From an archaeon (GTDB lineage: Archaea; SpSt-1190; DYHY01), in the NCBI GenBank assembly GCA_043803745.1, contig JAZDJS010000048.1:4385-68384 (forward strand): a stretch of 64,000 bases of DNA, in the 5' to 3' direction. Of this stretch, positions 15,697 to 25,694 are shown piece after piece (positions within the stretch are counted from its first letter, which is position 1; each line of letters begins with the position of its first letter). The translations under genes were made by a program, and so were the position numbers. The notes below the pieces were generated by a model. It ran no database searches. It saw only the letters and a program-made list of their open reading frames with translations, and was not told the DNA's origin.

Positions 15697-17868
15697 ATGG
15701 GCTCTTTGCGGAAACGTTCGGTCTTTCTCCTTTTGCTCCTGTGTCTCCTGCTTTCGCTCGCCAACTCTGCCGAAATCTCCTCCTGCGGAACCGAGATCTC
15801 CTCTTCCGGAAGCTATTCCCTCTCAAAGAACATCTCCGGCTCAAGCATAAACATCCAGAACGTGTACCTGGCTTGCCTGAAGGTTTCCTCATCCCACGTT
15901 TCAATTGACTGCGCGAATTTTTCAATAACGGAGAGCTCCCCGGGAAAAACTGTCGGAATTTTCGTCCAGGGGCTTGTGAGGAACGTCACAATTCGCAACT
16001 GCAAGAGCCTTTCCGGATTTGAAACCGGAATCTACCTTTCCGGGGCTCTTGACGGGGGGATTTCGGGCTCGAATATCACCGGGAACATCAACGGAATCAG
16101 GCTGATTTCCTCGGAAAACTTCAACCTTACCGAAAGCAATGTTTCGGGGAACGTCATCGGGCTCTACAGCTATTTCGGGGAACGGAATTTCGCGGTCGGG
16201 AACATCTTTTCCCGGAACCGCCTCGTCGGAATAAAGGTCGAGGGACCGACTGCCCAGCGGCTTCCCGGACAGGGGAACTTCTTCTTTTGGAACAACGTTT
16301 CCGGAAGCGAGCAGGGATTCGAAATAACTAGGGCGAACGGGAACCTGCTCATAGGCAATCAGATCTCAAACTCAAGCATGTACGGGATACGCATCGCATA
16401 CTCAAGGGACAACAACATCTCCCTGAACGCGATTTCGGGCTCGAAGAGGGTCGGCCTCTTCCTTGACACCTCCTCGGGCAACCTGTTCAGCTGCAACAAT
16501 TTCTCCGGAAACCTTGTTGACATTGACACCTACTATGCAAACGAGAACCTTGGAAACGCATCCTGCGACGGGGCCAATGTAACGATTGGAACGCCCCAAA
16601 ACCAGACCAGGACAACTGCGCAGCTAACGACGATCCCTGCTTGCGCCTGCACCCCTTGGGTTTCCCGGGGATGCAATACGGGAAGCTGCCAATACGGAAG
16701 CGAATTCTCGGAAAGGTCCTGCGCACCGGCGGGATGCGCATCGGAGAAAACGTGCATAATAAACGCATATTGCTATCGGCAGATTCCACTGGAAAACGCG
16801 CCCCAGACGAGCGTTCCCATCGAATCGTCCTGCCCTGCGAACTGCGACGATTCCAATCCTTGCACTGTCGATTCCTGCTCGGAAGAAACGGGCTTCAATT
16901 GCCGCCACGCAAGCCTACCTGAAGGGGCTTCCTGCGGAAAAGACCTTTTCTGCAAGGCAACTAGCGAATGCGCGCAAAAAAGCGAGCCACAGCAAAGCTG
17001 CCCTGCTTGTTCCGAACCGGGTGCTTGGTCCGGATGCTTGGATGGCGTGCATAGCCGGACAATACAGATATGCGGCCAGGAAACCGGATATTTCTGCGTT
17101 CCATACATTGAAAGGGGGGCTTGCCTGCTTCCGGCGCAGACAACCGTCCCTGCCGCAACAGCGCCCCCTTCCTCGTGCAGGGAGAACTCGGAATGCCCGG
17201 CAACGAATGTCTGCTCGGGAGGGCAGTGCGTTCCCGCAAAGCTGGTTCTTGTTTTTGTTCCGCTCAATTGGACTGGGAGCGCGCAGAGTTTCTCGGAAGA
17301 GGCCGATCGTCAGGCGAATTTCCTTCTGGCGAACCTGCCCCTTTCCGGCTGCCCGGAGAAGGTCAAGATTCTGAAGGGAACCGAACCCTGCGCTGCGCAG
17401 ATATCCTGCAAATATTGCGGCGAGGCGCTTTCAATCCGGAGCTGCGCAAAAAGGGTTTCGGCAAGCGTTGACATTGCGATAGGGCTCACGAACCTGGACT
17501 CCCTCTGCAAGACGGAAATCCGCGGATTCTCCTGCGGTGCGGGGGGCGTTTTCGTCAAATCGGGCGGTTCCGAGGTTCTTGCCCACGAGGTTGGGCACGA
17601 GTTCGGTCTCCGCGACGAATATTGCAATTACGGAACCCGCTGCGGGGAATTCGCAGCTCCAAATCCCCTCCGCGCGGAATACGGCTGCAATCCCTCGGAT
17701 GCGAACTGCTGCTGGTGCTCCGGAAGCTATTCAGTCTGCTGCTATGGGAACGTTAACGAGTTCGGCGGACGCTCGATCATGAGTTATGCCGGAGCCCCCG
17801 CCCCCAGGGCTTTCGACTATCCGGCGCTTGCGCACCTTAAAAGCCTGGAAAAACTGAGGTGTAACTGA
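15697..17868 (+). CDS. secreted parallel beta-helix (NosD/CASH-like) protein with a Cys-rich region and a C-terminal HExxH zinc-metallopeptidase-like motif
   Basis: 723 aa with a signal peptide (MGSLRKRSVFLLLLLCLLLSLANSA). It has about 10 repeats of the form G-I/N-x-x-x-x-S-x-N-x-I/F-S/T-G-N. The central third carries more than 20 Cys, and the C-terminus has LAHEVGHEFGLRDEYC (HExxHxxGxxDE). Confidence 0.7.
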   Translation: MGSLRKRSVFLLLLLCLLLSLANSAEISSCGTEISSSGSYSLSKNISGSSINIQNVYLACLKVSSSHVSIDCANFSITESSPGKTVGIFVQGLVRNVTIRNCKSLSGFETGIYLSGALDGGISGSNITGNINGIRLISSENFNLTESNVSGNVIGLYSYFGERNFAVGNIFSRNRLVGIKVEGPTAQRLPGQGNFFFWNNVSGSEQGFEITRANGNLLIGNQISNSSMYGIRIAYSRDNNISLNAISGSKRVGLFLDTSSGNLFSCNNFSGNLVDIDTYYANENLGNASCDGANVTIGTPQNQTRTTAQLTTIPACACTPWVSRGCNTGSCQYGSEFSERSCAPAGCASEKTCIINAYCYRQIPLENAPQTSVPIESSCPANCDDSNPCTVDSCSEETGFNCRHASLPEGASCGKDLFCKATSECAQKSEPQQSCPACSEPGAWSGCLDGVHSRTIQICGQETGYFCVPYIERGACLLPAQTTVPAATAPPSSCRENSECPATNVCSGGQCVPAKLVLVFVPLNWTGSAQSFSEEADRQANFLLANLPLSGCPEKVKILKGTEPCAAQISCKYCGEALSIRSCAKRVSASVDIAIGLTNLDSLCKTEIRGFSCGAGGVFVKSGGSEVLAHEVGHEFGLRDEYCNYGTRCGEFAAPNPLRAEYGCNPSDANCCWCSGSYSVCCYGNVNEFGGRSIMSYAGAPAPRAFDYPALAHLKSLEKLRCN

Positions 17869-18512
17869 TGAGACTGGACATTCTCCAAGCAGCCTGCATC
17901 CTGGCATCGCTTCTCCTGCTCCCGGCCTTCTCAGCCGAGTTCCTTGAACAAGTTCTTGAAATCGAGCTTTCGCTCAACCAGAACGGAAGCGCAAACCTGC
18001 TCGCATATTCGATTGTCCCGGCGGCAAGCTCGAGCGAAAGCCTGGGCAGCTACCGGATTGTCCTGAGCGCAGGGGGAACTGAAATTTCCGAAGTTAATTT
18101 TTCCGCCGAGTTCCTCCTTCTGACAGACCCGCCCGAGGAGGTTCCGGAATCCTTCGCAGTTGCAAGGCTGCCCATCGGGAACGCGTCAACCCCGGACCTC
18201 CTTGAAATCTTCTCGCCGGAGGGGAAACTTCTCCTTTCGGAAAAAATCGCTCTCTGCAATGCGGACGGCCTTTGCTCTTCCGGGGAGAACGCGCTCTCCT
18301 GTCCCTCAGACTGCCCTGCCGGCGGGCGCGACAGCCTCTGCCAGCCGGATGCTCCCGGATGCGACCCGGACTGCGAGAAAGCAGTTGACTCTAACTGCGG
18401 TGCGGCTCTGGAAAAAGTTGGCTGGGCAACTCCGGCGGCGAAAGTTTTCGGCTTTCTTGCGGTTGTCGGAATTCTCGGCGGAGCATATGTTGCTTTCAGG
18501 AGAAAACGTTAA
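17868..18512 (+). CDS. secreted Cys-rich protein with a C-terminal TM anchor and basic tail (PGF-CTERM-like)
   Basis: 214 aa. Its start overlaps the upstream stop (TGATG). It has a signal peptide, the motif CNADGLCSSGENALSCPSDC, and ends KVFGFLAVVGILGGAYVAFRRKR. Confidence 0.6.
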   Translation: MRLDILQAACILASLLLLPAFSAEFLEQVLEIELSLNQNGSANLLAYSIVPAASSSESLGSYRIVLSAGGTEISEVNFSAEFLLLTDPPEEVPESFAVARLPIGNASTPDLLEIFSPEGKLLLSEKIALCNADGLCSSGENALSCPSDCPAGGRDSLCQPDAPGCDPDCEKAVDSNCGAALEKVGWATPAAKVFGFLAVVGILGGAYVAFRRKR

Positions 18513-18517
18513 TAACT

Positions 18518-18874
18518 GTGGAAGGGACAAGCCGGGAGAAGATGGCTCCGGCAAGGCGTTACATAGTAAGGGACATAGAAGACGCAAACGAATTTGCAGC
18601 GGATGCGAGAACTGGCCGCGGGGAGCATTTCGGATTCTTCCACCAAGGCCCTTTGCTTTCCAATGCGGCTAGGAAGGAAGCTCTTGAAAAAGCCTGGGAA
18701 CACTGGAACGCTGCATACAGGGGCCTTGCGCACTATGCCGGGGATTCCTTCCCGCTATTCACGCATCCGATACTTTTGTTCAGAGTCTTGGCAGCAGAAA
18801 ACGCGGTTAAATATGCCGATGGATCTCTCGAATCTGAACTGAGGGCAAACTACAAGCAACCAGTCGCCGTTTGA
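18518..18874 (+). CDS. hypothetical protein
   Basis: 118-aa ORF directly downstream in the same orientation. Confidence 0.35.
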   Translation: MEGTSREKMAPARRYIVRDIEDANEFAADARTGRGEHFGFFHQGPLLSNAARKEALEKAWEHWNAAYRGLAHYAGDSFPLFTHPILLFRVLAAENAVKYADGSLESELRANYKQPVAV

Positions 18875-18925
18875 GAAACTCGGTCAAAGACCCCGCCAGC
18901 CCTAAAGGGCGGAGGCTTTCGCGAT

Positions 18926-20119
18926 TCAGTAAATCTTGACCCGCTGGTGTATCTGCCTCTCCCCGTAGAGGAAAATCAGGGCAATCGGGGTTATCAGGGT
19001 TGTCAGAAGGCTCATCAGGACGATTGCGGAGAAAGCCGACTGGTTAAGCGCGCCAGCCCCGAACCCGACAAGCGCTATTATCATTGCAATTTCTCCCCGG
19101 GGAACCATCCCCATTCCGATGATTGTCGACTCTTTCAGGGGGAACTTGAAGGTGCGCGAGGTCACAAATCCGGCGATGAATTTCGTCAGCACGGCAACCA
19201 GCGTGAGGAGCAAAACGAAGAGAATCAGGGAGGGGTTCAGCGCCTTCCGCAGGTCGACAAGGATTCCGAGCGAAACGAAGAAAAGGTTCCCGAAAATTAT
19301 CTCGAAATATCTGGCGCCCTCCTTGTGAGTTCCCGATTCCAGGTGCCCGATTGAAATCCCTGCAATGAACGCGCCGATTATTGCGGAAAGCCCGGCAACC
19401 TCGGCAAGGACGCTGTACGTGAATGCAACGAAAACCGCGAGAATGAACGGAACGTGCTCGTAATTCCTGCGGGTGAGCGCCCAGTCCCGGAGCTCCTCTA
19501 TCTTCCGGGAAATGAACCGTTTCCCGATAAACAGGCCTCCGGCAATGAAGATTGCCGCAATGAGCCCCTTCTCAAGGAGAATGAGAGGGGAAACTCTCCC
19601 GGGCCCGGCGACCTGCTCCGCAACCGCAAGGGCGAAAAGCCCGAGGACATCGTCGATGATTGCGGCGGAAAGGATTATTTTCGCCTCGGGTTTCCCCAGT
19701 TTTCCCAGCTCGGAAAGCACCTGGACCGTTATTGCAACGCTTGTTGCGGTGAGGGCTGTCCCGATGAAGAACGAGGCTTTCCCGCCATATCCGAAGAGGA
19801 GGGAAATCAGATAGCCGCCTAGCCAAGGGAAAACAATTCCCGCAAATGCGACCGCCCCTGCTTTCGGATTCCAGAGGTCCTCGAGCTTCGTGTCAAGCCC
19901 GACAGTGAAAAGGAGGAAAATCGCGCCGATTGTCGCAAGGGCAGCGACAATTTCCGAATAGGGAATTATCCCTAGAAGGCTCGGCCCAAGGATTATTCCG
20001 GCAAGAATGCTCCCGACGACCCCGGATTGCTTGAAGCGGAAGGAAATGAAGAAACCGAACAGCGACGCGAAAAGGAGCAGGCTCATCTGGAAGGCAATTC
20101 CCGAAAGTCCGGATTCCAT
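18926..20119 (-). CDS. cation:proton antiporter (CPA2/NapA-KefB-type Na+/H+ exchanger)
   Basis: 397 aa with about 11-12 TM segments. The N-terminus (FFISFRFKQSGVVGSILAGIILGPSLLGII) is typical of the Na_H_Exchanger family. Confidence 0.8.
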   Translation of the reverse strand: MESGLSGIAFQMSLLLFASLFGFFISFRFKQSGVVGSILAGIILGPSLLGIIPYSEIVAALATIGAIFLLFTVGLDTKLEDLWNPKAGAVAFAGIVFPWLGGYLISLLFGYGGKASFFIGTALTATSVAITVQVLSELGKLGKPEAKIILSAAIIDDVLGLFALAVAEQVAGPGRVSPLILLEKGLIAAIFIAGGLFIGKRFISRKIEELRDWALTRRNYEHVPFILAVFVAFTYSVLAEVAGLSAIIGAFIAGISIGHLESGTHKEGARYFEIIFGNLFFVSLGILVDLRKALNPSLILFVLLLTLVAVLTKFIAGFVTSRTFKFPLKESTIIGMGMVPRGEIAMIIALVGFGAGALNQSAFSAIVLMSLLTTLITPIALIFLYGERQIHQRVKIY

Positions 20120-20146
20120 TTACGCAGGCGGAGGAAAGTCCGGGGC

Positions 20147-21517
20147 TTATTTAACGTTTCCCCATTGCGGCTCAAGGAAATCCTTTTCCGAAATCCGCTC
20201 GTTTATTTCCCCGGCAAGGTTTTCCTGCATCAGGGCGCGCACCTCTTCCGGGCTCTTTTTCTGCCCGAGAAGCCAGGCAAGCTTCACATATGCGGTTTCC
20301 GGGAGAGTGTCCTTTGCGAAAACGGCGCCGGTTTCCCCGAGAAGCCTGAGGTTCCGGTATGTGTACGGATGGACTGCTCCGTAAATCGCCTGGCTTGTCA
20401 TTGCGACGACAATTCCCGCATCAACGGCGTTCTTGATTGAAGGCAGCCAGGATTTGGGACCGTTGGTTATGACGTGTCCGAGCCCGGTTCCCTCGATTAC
20501 TATTCCCCTGAAGCCCTTTGAAGCGTAATGGTCGATGACTTCCGGGGAAAGGTTCGGGGCAATCTTGACAATCGCGGTCCTGTCCTCGAAATCGGGGCGC
20601 AGTTTCAACTCCGCGCAAGCTCCGGCTTTCCGGGGCTCCCCGAGAATCTCGATTCTCCCGTCCGGGAAGATTTTTGCGAACGGCGCCTTGTTAACCGACT
20701 GGAAGGCATCCCTCCGTGAAGTGTGCATTTTCCTTGCCTTCGTTCCCCAATGGGCGAGGCAGTAATCGTCGTTTGTTGTGCCGTGCATCACAAGAAAAAC
20801 CCCTGCGGAAGCCTGCTTGGCAATGAAATTCGCCGCGCAGAGGAGATTTATCGAGCCGTCGAAGCTTCCCCGGTCTGGCGACCTTTGCGCTCCGACGACG
20901 CAAACCGGTTTTTCAAGGTTCTGGAGAGCAAATGAGAGCGCGGCGGAAGTGTAGTGAAGGACGTCGGTTCCGTGGGTGACAATCACCCCGGAAATTTCCT
21001 TCTTGGAGAGCATCCGCCCGACCTCCTCTGCAATCAGGGAGAAATGGGAGAAATCCATGTCCTCGGATGCTATTGTGAACGGGGAGGAAACCTCGGCAAT
21101 GTCAACTATTTTCGATATTTCCGGGACTGTTGAGATTACCTCCTCGGGCGTGCGGCACATGTAAACGCCTCCGGTCGAATAGTCGACATGCGTTCCGATT
21201 GTTCCGCCTGTCGAAACAAGCCCGATTTTCGGGAGCGCGCCAGCCGGCTTCTCCGCCCTTGCCGGGATTATCTTGCCTATCTTTATCCCCTCTCCAGTCT
21301 TGCGAACCGACCTTATTTCCGATGGGGAAATTGCAAGGTTGTATCCGGTCGGAAGCTTGAGAACCAGATTTTCCCTGTTGCCCGCCGAAATTCGGGGCAT
21401 GAGTATCCCCTGCTCCTTCGCACCGGAAGAAAGCTCGACTTCAATCGCATTCCCCTCGGCTATTTTTCCGGACGCAAGGAAGCGCGCCTCGATTTCTGGA
21501 GGATAACTGCCGGACAT
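20147..21517 (-). CDS. gatD: Glu-tRNA(Gln) amidotransferase subunit D
   Basis: 456 aa with an N-terminal GatD-specific domain then the asparaginase-family motif IGLVSTGGTIGT; divergent from gatE. Confidence 0.9.
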   Translation of the reverse strand: MSGSYPPEIEARFLASGKIAEGNAIEVELSSGAKEQGILMPRISAGNRENLVLKLPTGYNLAISPSEIRSVRKTGEGIKIGKIIPARAEKPAGALPKIGLVSTGGTIGTHVDYSTGGVYMCRTPEEVISTVPEISKIVDIAEVSSPFTIASEDMDFSHFSLIAEEVGRMLSKKEISGVIVTHGTDVLHYTSAALSFALQNLEKPVCVVGAQRSPDRGSFDGSINLLCAANFIAKQASAGVFLVMHGTTNDDYCLAHWGTKARKMHTSRRDAFQSVNKAPFAKIFPDGRIEILGEPRKAGACAELKLRPDFEDRTAIVKIAPNLSPEVIDHYASKGFRGIVIEGTGLGHVITNGPKSWLPSIKNAVDAGIVVAMTSQAIYGAVHPYTYRNLRLLGETGAVFAKDTLPETAYVKLAWLLGQKKSPEEVRALMQENLAGEINERISEKDFLEPQWGNVK

Positions 21518-21612
21518 CCCGGAAAACTCCGGTCAAGATATAAAAGAGTGGCCCTTCCGGACCGCTTAAGGAAGAAACGTTTAAATTGCGCTCCAATCAT
21601 TCACTGAAATAA

Positions 21613-23439
21613 ATGAAAATAGGCCTTGAGATTCACCAGCAGCTGAAAACGAGCAAGCTGTTCTGCCGCTGCCCCTCGGTTCTCAGGGAGGTTAAGCCTG
21701 ACGTTATTGTCGAAAGGCGCCTCAGGGCCGTTGCAAGCGAAACCGGCGCCCGCGACATTACCAGCGAAACCGAGTTTGCAAAGGGCAGGAAATTCATCTA
21801 CCAGGCCTATTCGGACTCGACCTGCCTGATAGAAATTGACGAGGCCCCCCCGAAGGAAATCAACCCGGAGGCGCTCCAGATTGCCTGCACAATTGCTGGC
21901 GCCCTGAACTGCCGGGTCGTCCCGGAGCTCCACGTTATGAGGAAGGCGATAATAGACGGCTCGTGCCCCTCGAGCTTCCAAAGGACCGCGCTCCTTGCAA
22001 AGGACGGTTTTGTCGAGGCCCGTTCCGGAAAGAAAATCAGGATAGAATCGATTTGCATCGAGGAGGATGCGGGGAGGATAATTGCATCAGACAATTCAAG
22101 CGCAACTTTCAGGGTCGACCGCCTCGGGATTCCTCTCGTTGAGATAACGACCGCTCCGGAAATCGAATCGCCGGAAGAAGCGCGGGAGGTCGCGGAACGG
22201 ATTGGAACGGTTCTCAGGCTTACCGGAAAGGTTGTCCGGGGACTTGGCTCGATAAGGCAGGACCTCAACGTCTCGGTTCCCGAAGGAGCGCGTGTCGAGA
22301 TAAAGGGCGTCCAGCAACTCGACCAGATTCCCGAACTTGTCCGAATGGAGGCTGAGCGGCAGAAGAGCCTTGCAGGGATTGCCAAGAAATATTCCGACAG
22401 GATAATTGCAATTGAGCGGGCAGGCGGCCCAAAATCTGCGGAAGTAACTGAGGTTTTCCTTGAAACCGGATGCAAACTGCTGGCTGGCTTGGAAATACAC
22501 GCGGCAATCCTTCCAGGTCTTGCGGGGATACTTGACGAGACCCTCCACGAGGGAAAGCGTTTTGGAAAGGAGGTTGCGGAAAGGATGCGCATCCTGACAA
22601 CTGCACGGGGCTTCCTGCACACTGACGAACTTCCCGCATATGGCGTCACAGCCGAAGAGGTCCGGGATTTGCGAGCCGCAACCGGCGCGGGCGAAAATGA
22701 CCTGATCTGCCTCGTCGCTGGAAAGGGACCCGAAGCACACCTTCCGCTGATGCCTGTTGTTGAAAGAATACTTCTCTCGAATCTCGGGGTTCCCGGCGAG
22801 ACGCGGAAGGCGAATCCCGACTGCTCGACAAGCTTCCTGAGGCCCATTTCCGGGAGCTCGCGCTTCTATCCGGAAACTGACGTTGCCCCGGCGCAAATGG
22901 GCCCCGTTAGAGCGGATTCGGTTGAATCCCCGGAGGAACGGATGGGGAAGCTGGAAAAGCTCGGGCTCCCTGAAAAGCTTGCGAAGGGACTGCTCCTTTC
23001 GGAAAACTATCCCCTCTTTCTCCTTGCGCTTGAAAAGCGCGTGCAGCCGGTTCTTGCGGCAACAATTGTCGAGGAAACTCTTCCGTACCTGAGAAGAAAG
23101 GGGATTGAAATCGACCGGGTTCCGGACAGCGACTATTCGGTGCTGTTTGAACTTGTTTCTTCGGGAAAGCTCCCCCGAGAAGGAATTCCTGACGCAATGG
23201 AGAAACTTGCGAGACACGAGGGGATTTCAAAACTCGCGGAAGCCGGGCGAGTTTCCGAAGCGCAGGTCGCCGGATTCGCAAGAAAGCTCATCTTTGAACG
23301 CAGGGAGTACATTCTCAAGGAGGGCGCGGAACGCGCAATATCCGGCCTGATGGGTGAACTGATGAAGGAATTTAAGGGGAAATTCTCCGGGACGCTGCTG
23401 AAGGAAATTCTTTCGAAGGAGCTTCTTGGAAATGCCTGA
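21613..23439 (+). CDS. gatE: Glu-tRNA(Gln) amidotransferase subunit E
   Basis: 608 aa. It starts MKIGLEIHQQL...KLFCRCPS (GatB/GatE signature) with GatE-length insertions. Confidence 0.9.
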   Translation: MKIGLEIHQQLKTSKLFCRCPSVLREVKPDVIVERRLRAVASETGARDITSETEFAKGRKFIYQAYSDSTCLIEIDEAPPKEINPEALQIACTIAGALNCRVVPELHVMRKAIIDGSCPSSFQRTALLAKDGFVEARSGKKIRIESICIEEDAGRIIASDNSSATFRVDRLGIPLVEITTAPEIESPEEAREVAERIGTVLRLTGKVVRGLGSIRQDLNVSVPEGARVEIKGVQQLDQIPELVRMEAERQKSLAGIAKKYSDRIIAIERAGGPKSAEVTEVFLETGCKLLAGLEIHAAILPGLAGILDETLHEGKRFGKEVAERMRILTTARGFLHTDELPAYGVTAEEVRDLRAATGAGENDLICLVAGKGPEAHLPLMPVVERILLSNLGVPGETRKANPDCSTSFLRPISGSSRFYPETDVAPAQMGPVRADSVESPEERMGKLEKLGLPEKLAKGLLLSENYPLFLLALEKRVQPVLAATIVEETLPYLRRKGIEIDRVPDSDYSVLFELVSSGKLPREGIPDAMEKLARHEGISKLAEAGRVSEAQVAGFARKLIFERREYILKEGAERAISGLMGELMKEFKGKFSGTLLKEILSKELLGNA

Positions 23440-24919
23440 AGGCTCCCCGCCCAAGGGCTTGCCCAAGGGCTTGCCCAAGGGCTCGCCAAAGGGCTCGCCC
23501 GAAAGTTTCGGCTTTTCAATAATAGGGAGGAAATCGGGCGGCGAGGAAATCGGGCGGACTGATTTTGCGCTGATCCGGCAAGAGGGCTTGGACTTCCCGG
23601 AGTACCTTCCCTTCGGCTTGGAAACTCCGGACGGGGATGATTTGTTCCGGATTGGAAAAATCGTCAAGGCATACCAGAACATCCCGGAAATAACCGAAAC
23701 TGGAGAGAAGCGGCGGGAGGAAATAGGGAAGCTTGTTTCGAAATATCTCGGGCTCCTTTCCGGGAAGAGGCTTTCGCGGGAAAAGGCCGAGCTTTATGAG
23801 CGGGTCGTTTTCTCGGCAACGGGGGAAGGGCGCGGTCCGCTTGAATTCCTTGTCGGAGACCCGCAAATCGAGGAAATAATGGTCAACGGAACGAGCCAGC
23901 CCATTTTCATCTTCCACCGCAGGTTCGGAATGTGCGCTACGAACCTAAGGTTCGATTCGGAAGAATACCTGATTGAAAAGGCGAACCAGCTCCTTTTCCC
24001 CGGCAACAAAAGGGTCGATTCATCCAAGCCTTTCGCGCATGCAATTCTTCCGAACGGGGACCGGATCTCGGTCGAAATACCTCCGCTTGCGAAGGAACCC
24101 TGCATCGACATAAGGAAATTCTCGGAAAAGCCGATGACTCTTCCGGAACTCGTTAAACTGGGGATGCTCGACCTGCGGGCTGCCGCTTTCCTTTTCCTTG
24201 CCGTTGAGTCGGGCGTCTGCAACATCGGGGTCGTCGGCAACACGGGGGCCGGGAAGACAACGCTCCTTGGGGCGCTTCTGAGGCTGGCTCCGCCCTACCA
24301 GAGAGTTATTCTTGTCGAGGAAATACCGGAAATATCCGTTCCGCACAAGCACAACGTCCGACTTGTCCAGGTCGAGCATCTGGGAATCGGGATGGCGGAG
24401 CTTGTCCGGGAAACGCTGAGGCTCCGGCCGGACAGGGTTGTTGTCGGGGAAGTGAGGAGCCCCTCGGAAGTCCAGGCTCTCCGGGATTCCTGCCTTTCGG
24501 GCCAGGCATATTCCACCTATTTCACATACCATTCCGAAAGCGCGCAGGCGGCGGTTGAGCGGCTTGAAAGCCAGGGAATTTCGCGGAAGGACTGCGAATA
24601 TTTCGGCCTCCTCGTGGTTTGCAGGAGGTTCGAGGACCGGGACGGAAAAACGCGGAGGATTGTCTCGGAGATTTCCGAAATCGGAGCCGACGGGCGGACC
24701 CTGCCGCTTTTCAAGCACGATTTCAAAAGGAACCGCTGGATTCGCAGGCTCCGGGGGAAAAGCAGGGTTGAAGCGCGCCTGCTGGAGACTTTCATTTCGG
24801 GAAAGGGTGGGCTCTCCCGCGAAATTGCGAAGAGGGAGAAGCTTCTGAAAAGATTCTCGGACGCGGAGGATGCGGAGTTTTTCTCGGGAATCTGGAGGGC
24901 GGCCCGGAAAGGTGGCTGA
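23426..24919 (+). CDS. type IV pilus / Tad-like secretion ATPase (FlaI/TadA/VirB11 superfamily)
   Basis: 497 aa with Walker A GVVGNTGAGKTTLLGAL and an Asp box/His box region RPDRVVVGEVRS. The N-terminus carries PKGLPKGLPKGSPKGSP repeats, and the start overlaps the gatE stop. Confidence 0.85.
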   Translation: MEMPEGSPPKGLPKGLPKGSPKGSPESFGFSIIGRKSGGEEIGRTDFALIRQEGLDFPEYLPFGLETPDGDDLFRIGKIVKAYQNIPEITETGEKRREEIGKLVSKYLGLLSGKRLSREKAELYERVVFSATGEGRGPLEFLVGDPQIEEIMVNGTSQPIFIFHRRFGMCATNLRFDSEEYLIEKANQLLFPGNKRVDSSKPFAHAILPNGDRISVEIPPLAKEPCIDIRKFSEKPMTLPELVKLGMLDLRAAAFLFLAVESGVCNIGVVGNTGAGKTTLLGALLRLAPPYQRVILVEEIPEISVPHKHNVRLVQVEHLGIGMAELVRETLRLRPDRVVVGEVRSPSEVQALRDSCLSGQAYSTYFTYHSESAQAAVERLESQGISRKDCEYFGLLVVCRRFEDRDGKTRRIVSEISEIGADGRTLPLFKHDFKRNRWIRRLRGKSRVEARLLETFISGKGGLSREIAKREKLLKRFSDAEDAEFFSGIWRAARKGG

Positions 24920-25694
24920 CAAAAAAAGGGGCCTCATCCGGAGACAGTTCCGCTTGGCGGAGCTTGAACGGGAGCTTGCCGGCGTCGGGACGGACCTTCC
25001 GCTTGGCAAGCTTGCTTTTGGCGCAGCCGGGCTTGCATCCGCTCTTGCGGCCCTTTCGGCGCTCTCGGTTTTCAACGGGAATCTTCCCCTCGCGGCAATT
25101 TCCCTCGGGGGCGTTCTCCTTGCCCTGCGCATCCCCGAAATCTCCGCGAAAATCGCGTGCGCTGTCGCGCGAAAGTCCCTTGAAAGGGAACTGCCTTTCT
25201 TTCTCTCAAGATATTCCCATCTTGCGGCCCTTGGCGTGAATCCGCTGAAGGCGTTGGAGATTTCGGTGGGCTTTGGGGGTCCTGTCGGGAAGGTTGCGGG
25301 GGGTGCGCTTTTTTCCGCAAGGAAGGGGATTCCGCTTGAAAAAGCGCTTGAGAATGCTTCGGAGGAGACTTTGTCAGAGCGGGCTGAAGAGGCGTTCTCG
25401 GCGATTTCGTCGGTTCTTTCCGACGGTTATACCGGAAGCGCAAGGGAGCTTATCGACGGCATCTACAAGGGGCTTCTTGAGGAACACAAGGCGGCGCTTG
25501 AGGAATATTCGGCGAGGAGCCAGATAGTCTTCCTTTCGGTCGTTTTCTCGACTGCAATAATCCCGGCTCTTGCGGCTTTCGCCCTTGCTTTTTCCGAATC
25601 CGGAAACCCGGTCGCCGCGCCGGTCCTTTTCATCCTGGCCTTTCCGGCAATTGCCGCCGCACAGTTCCTTTACATGAGGTTCTCGTCGCCATGA
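24870..25694 (+). CDS. TadB/TadC/FlaJ-like pilus assembly membrane protein (T2SS-F domain)
   Basis: 274 aa with N- and C-terminal TM hairpins flanking a cytoplasmic helical domain; lies immediately downstream of the ATPase. Confidence 0.6.
   Translation: MRSFSRESGGRPGKVADKKRGLIRRQFRLAELERELAGVGTDLPLGKLAFGAAGLASALAALSALSVFNGNLPLAAISLGGVLLALRIPEISAKIACAVARKSLERELPFFLSRYSHLAALGVNPLKALEISVGFGGPVGKVAGGALFSARKGIPLEKALENASEETLSERAEEAFSAISSVLSDGYTGSARELIDGIYKGLLEEHKAALEEYSARSQIVFLSVVFSTAIIPALAAFALAFSESGNPVAAPVLFILAFPAIAAAQFLYMRFSSP

Noticed and set aside
21518-21612. Noting the gatD/gatE divergent arrangement as anomalous
   Set aside because: Divergent gatD-gatE from a shared promoter region is unremarkable and co-regulation is still likely.
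22096-23217. 373-aa minus-strand ORF inside gatE
   Set aside because: It is antisense to a confidently identified gatE and Arg/Ser-rich.
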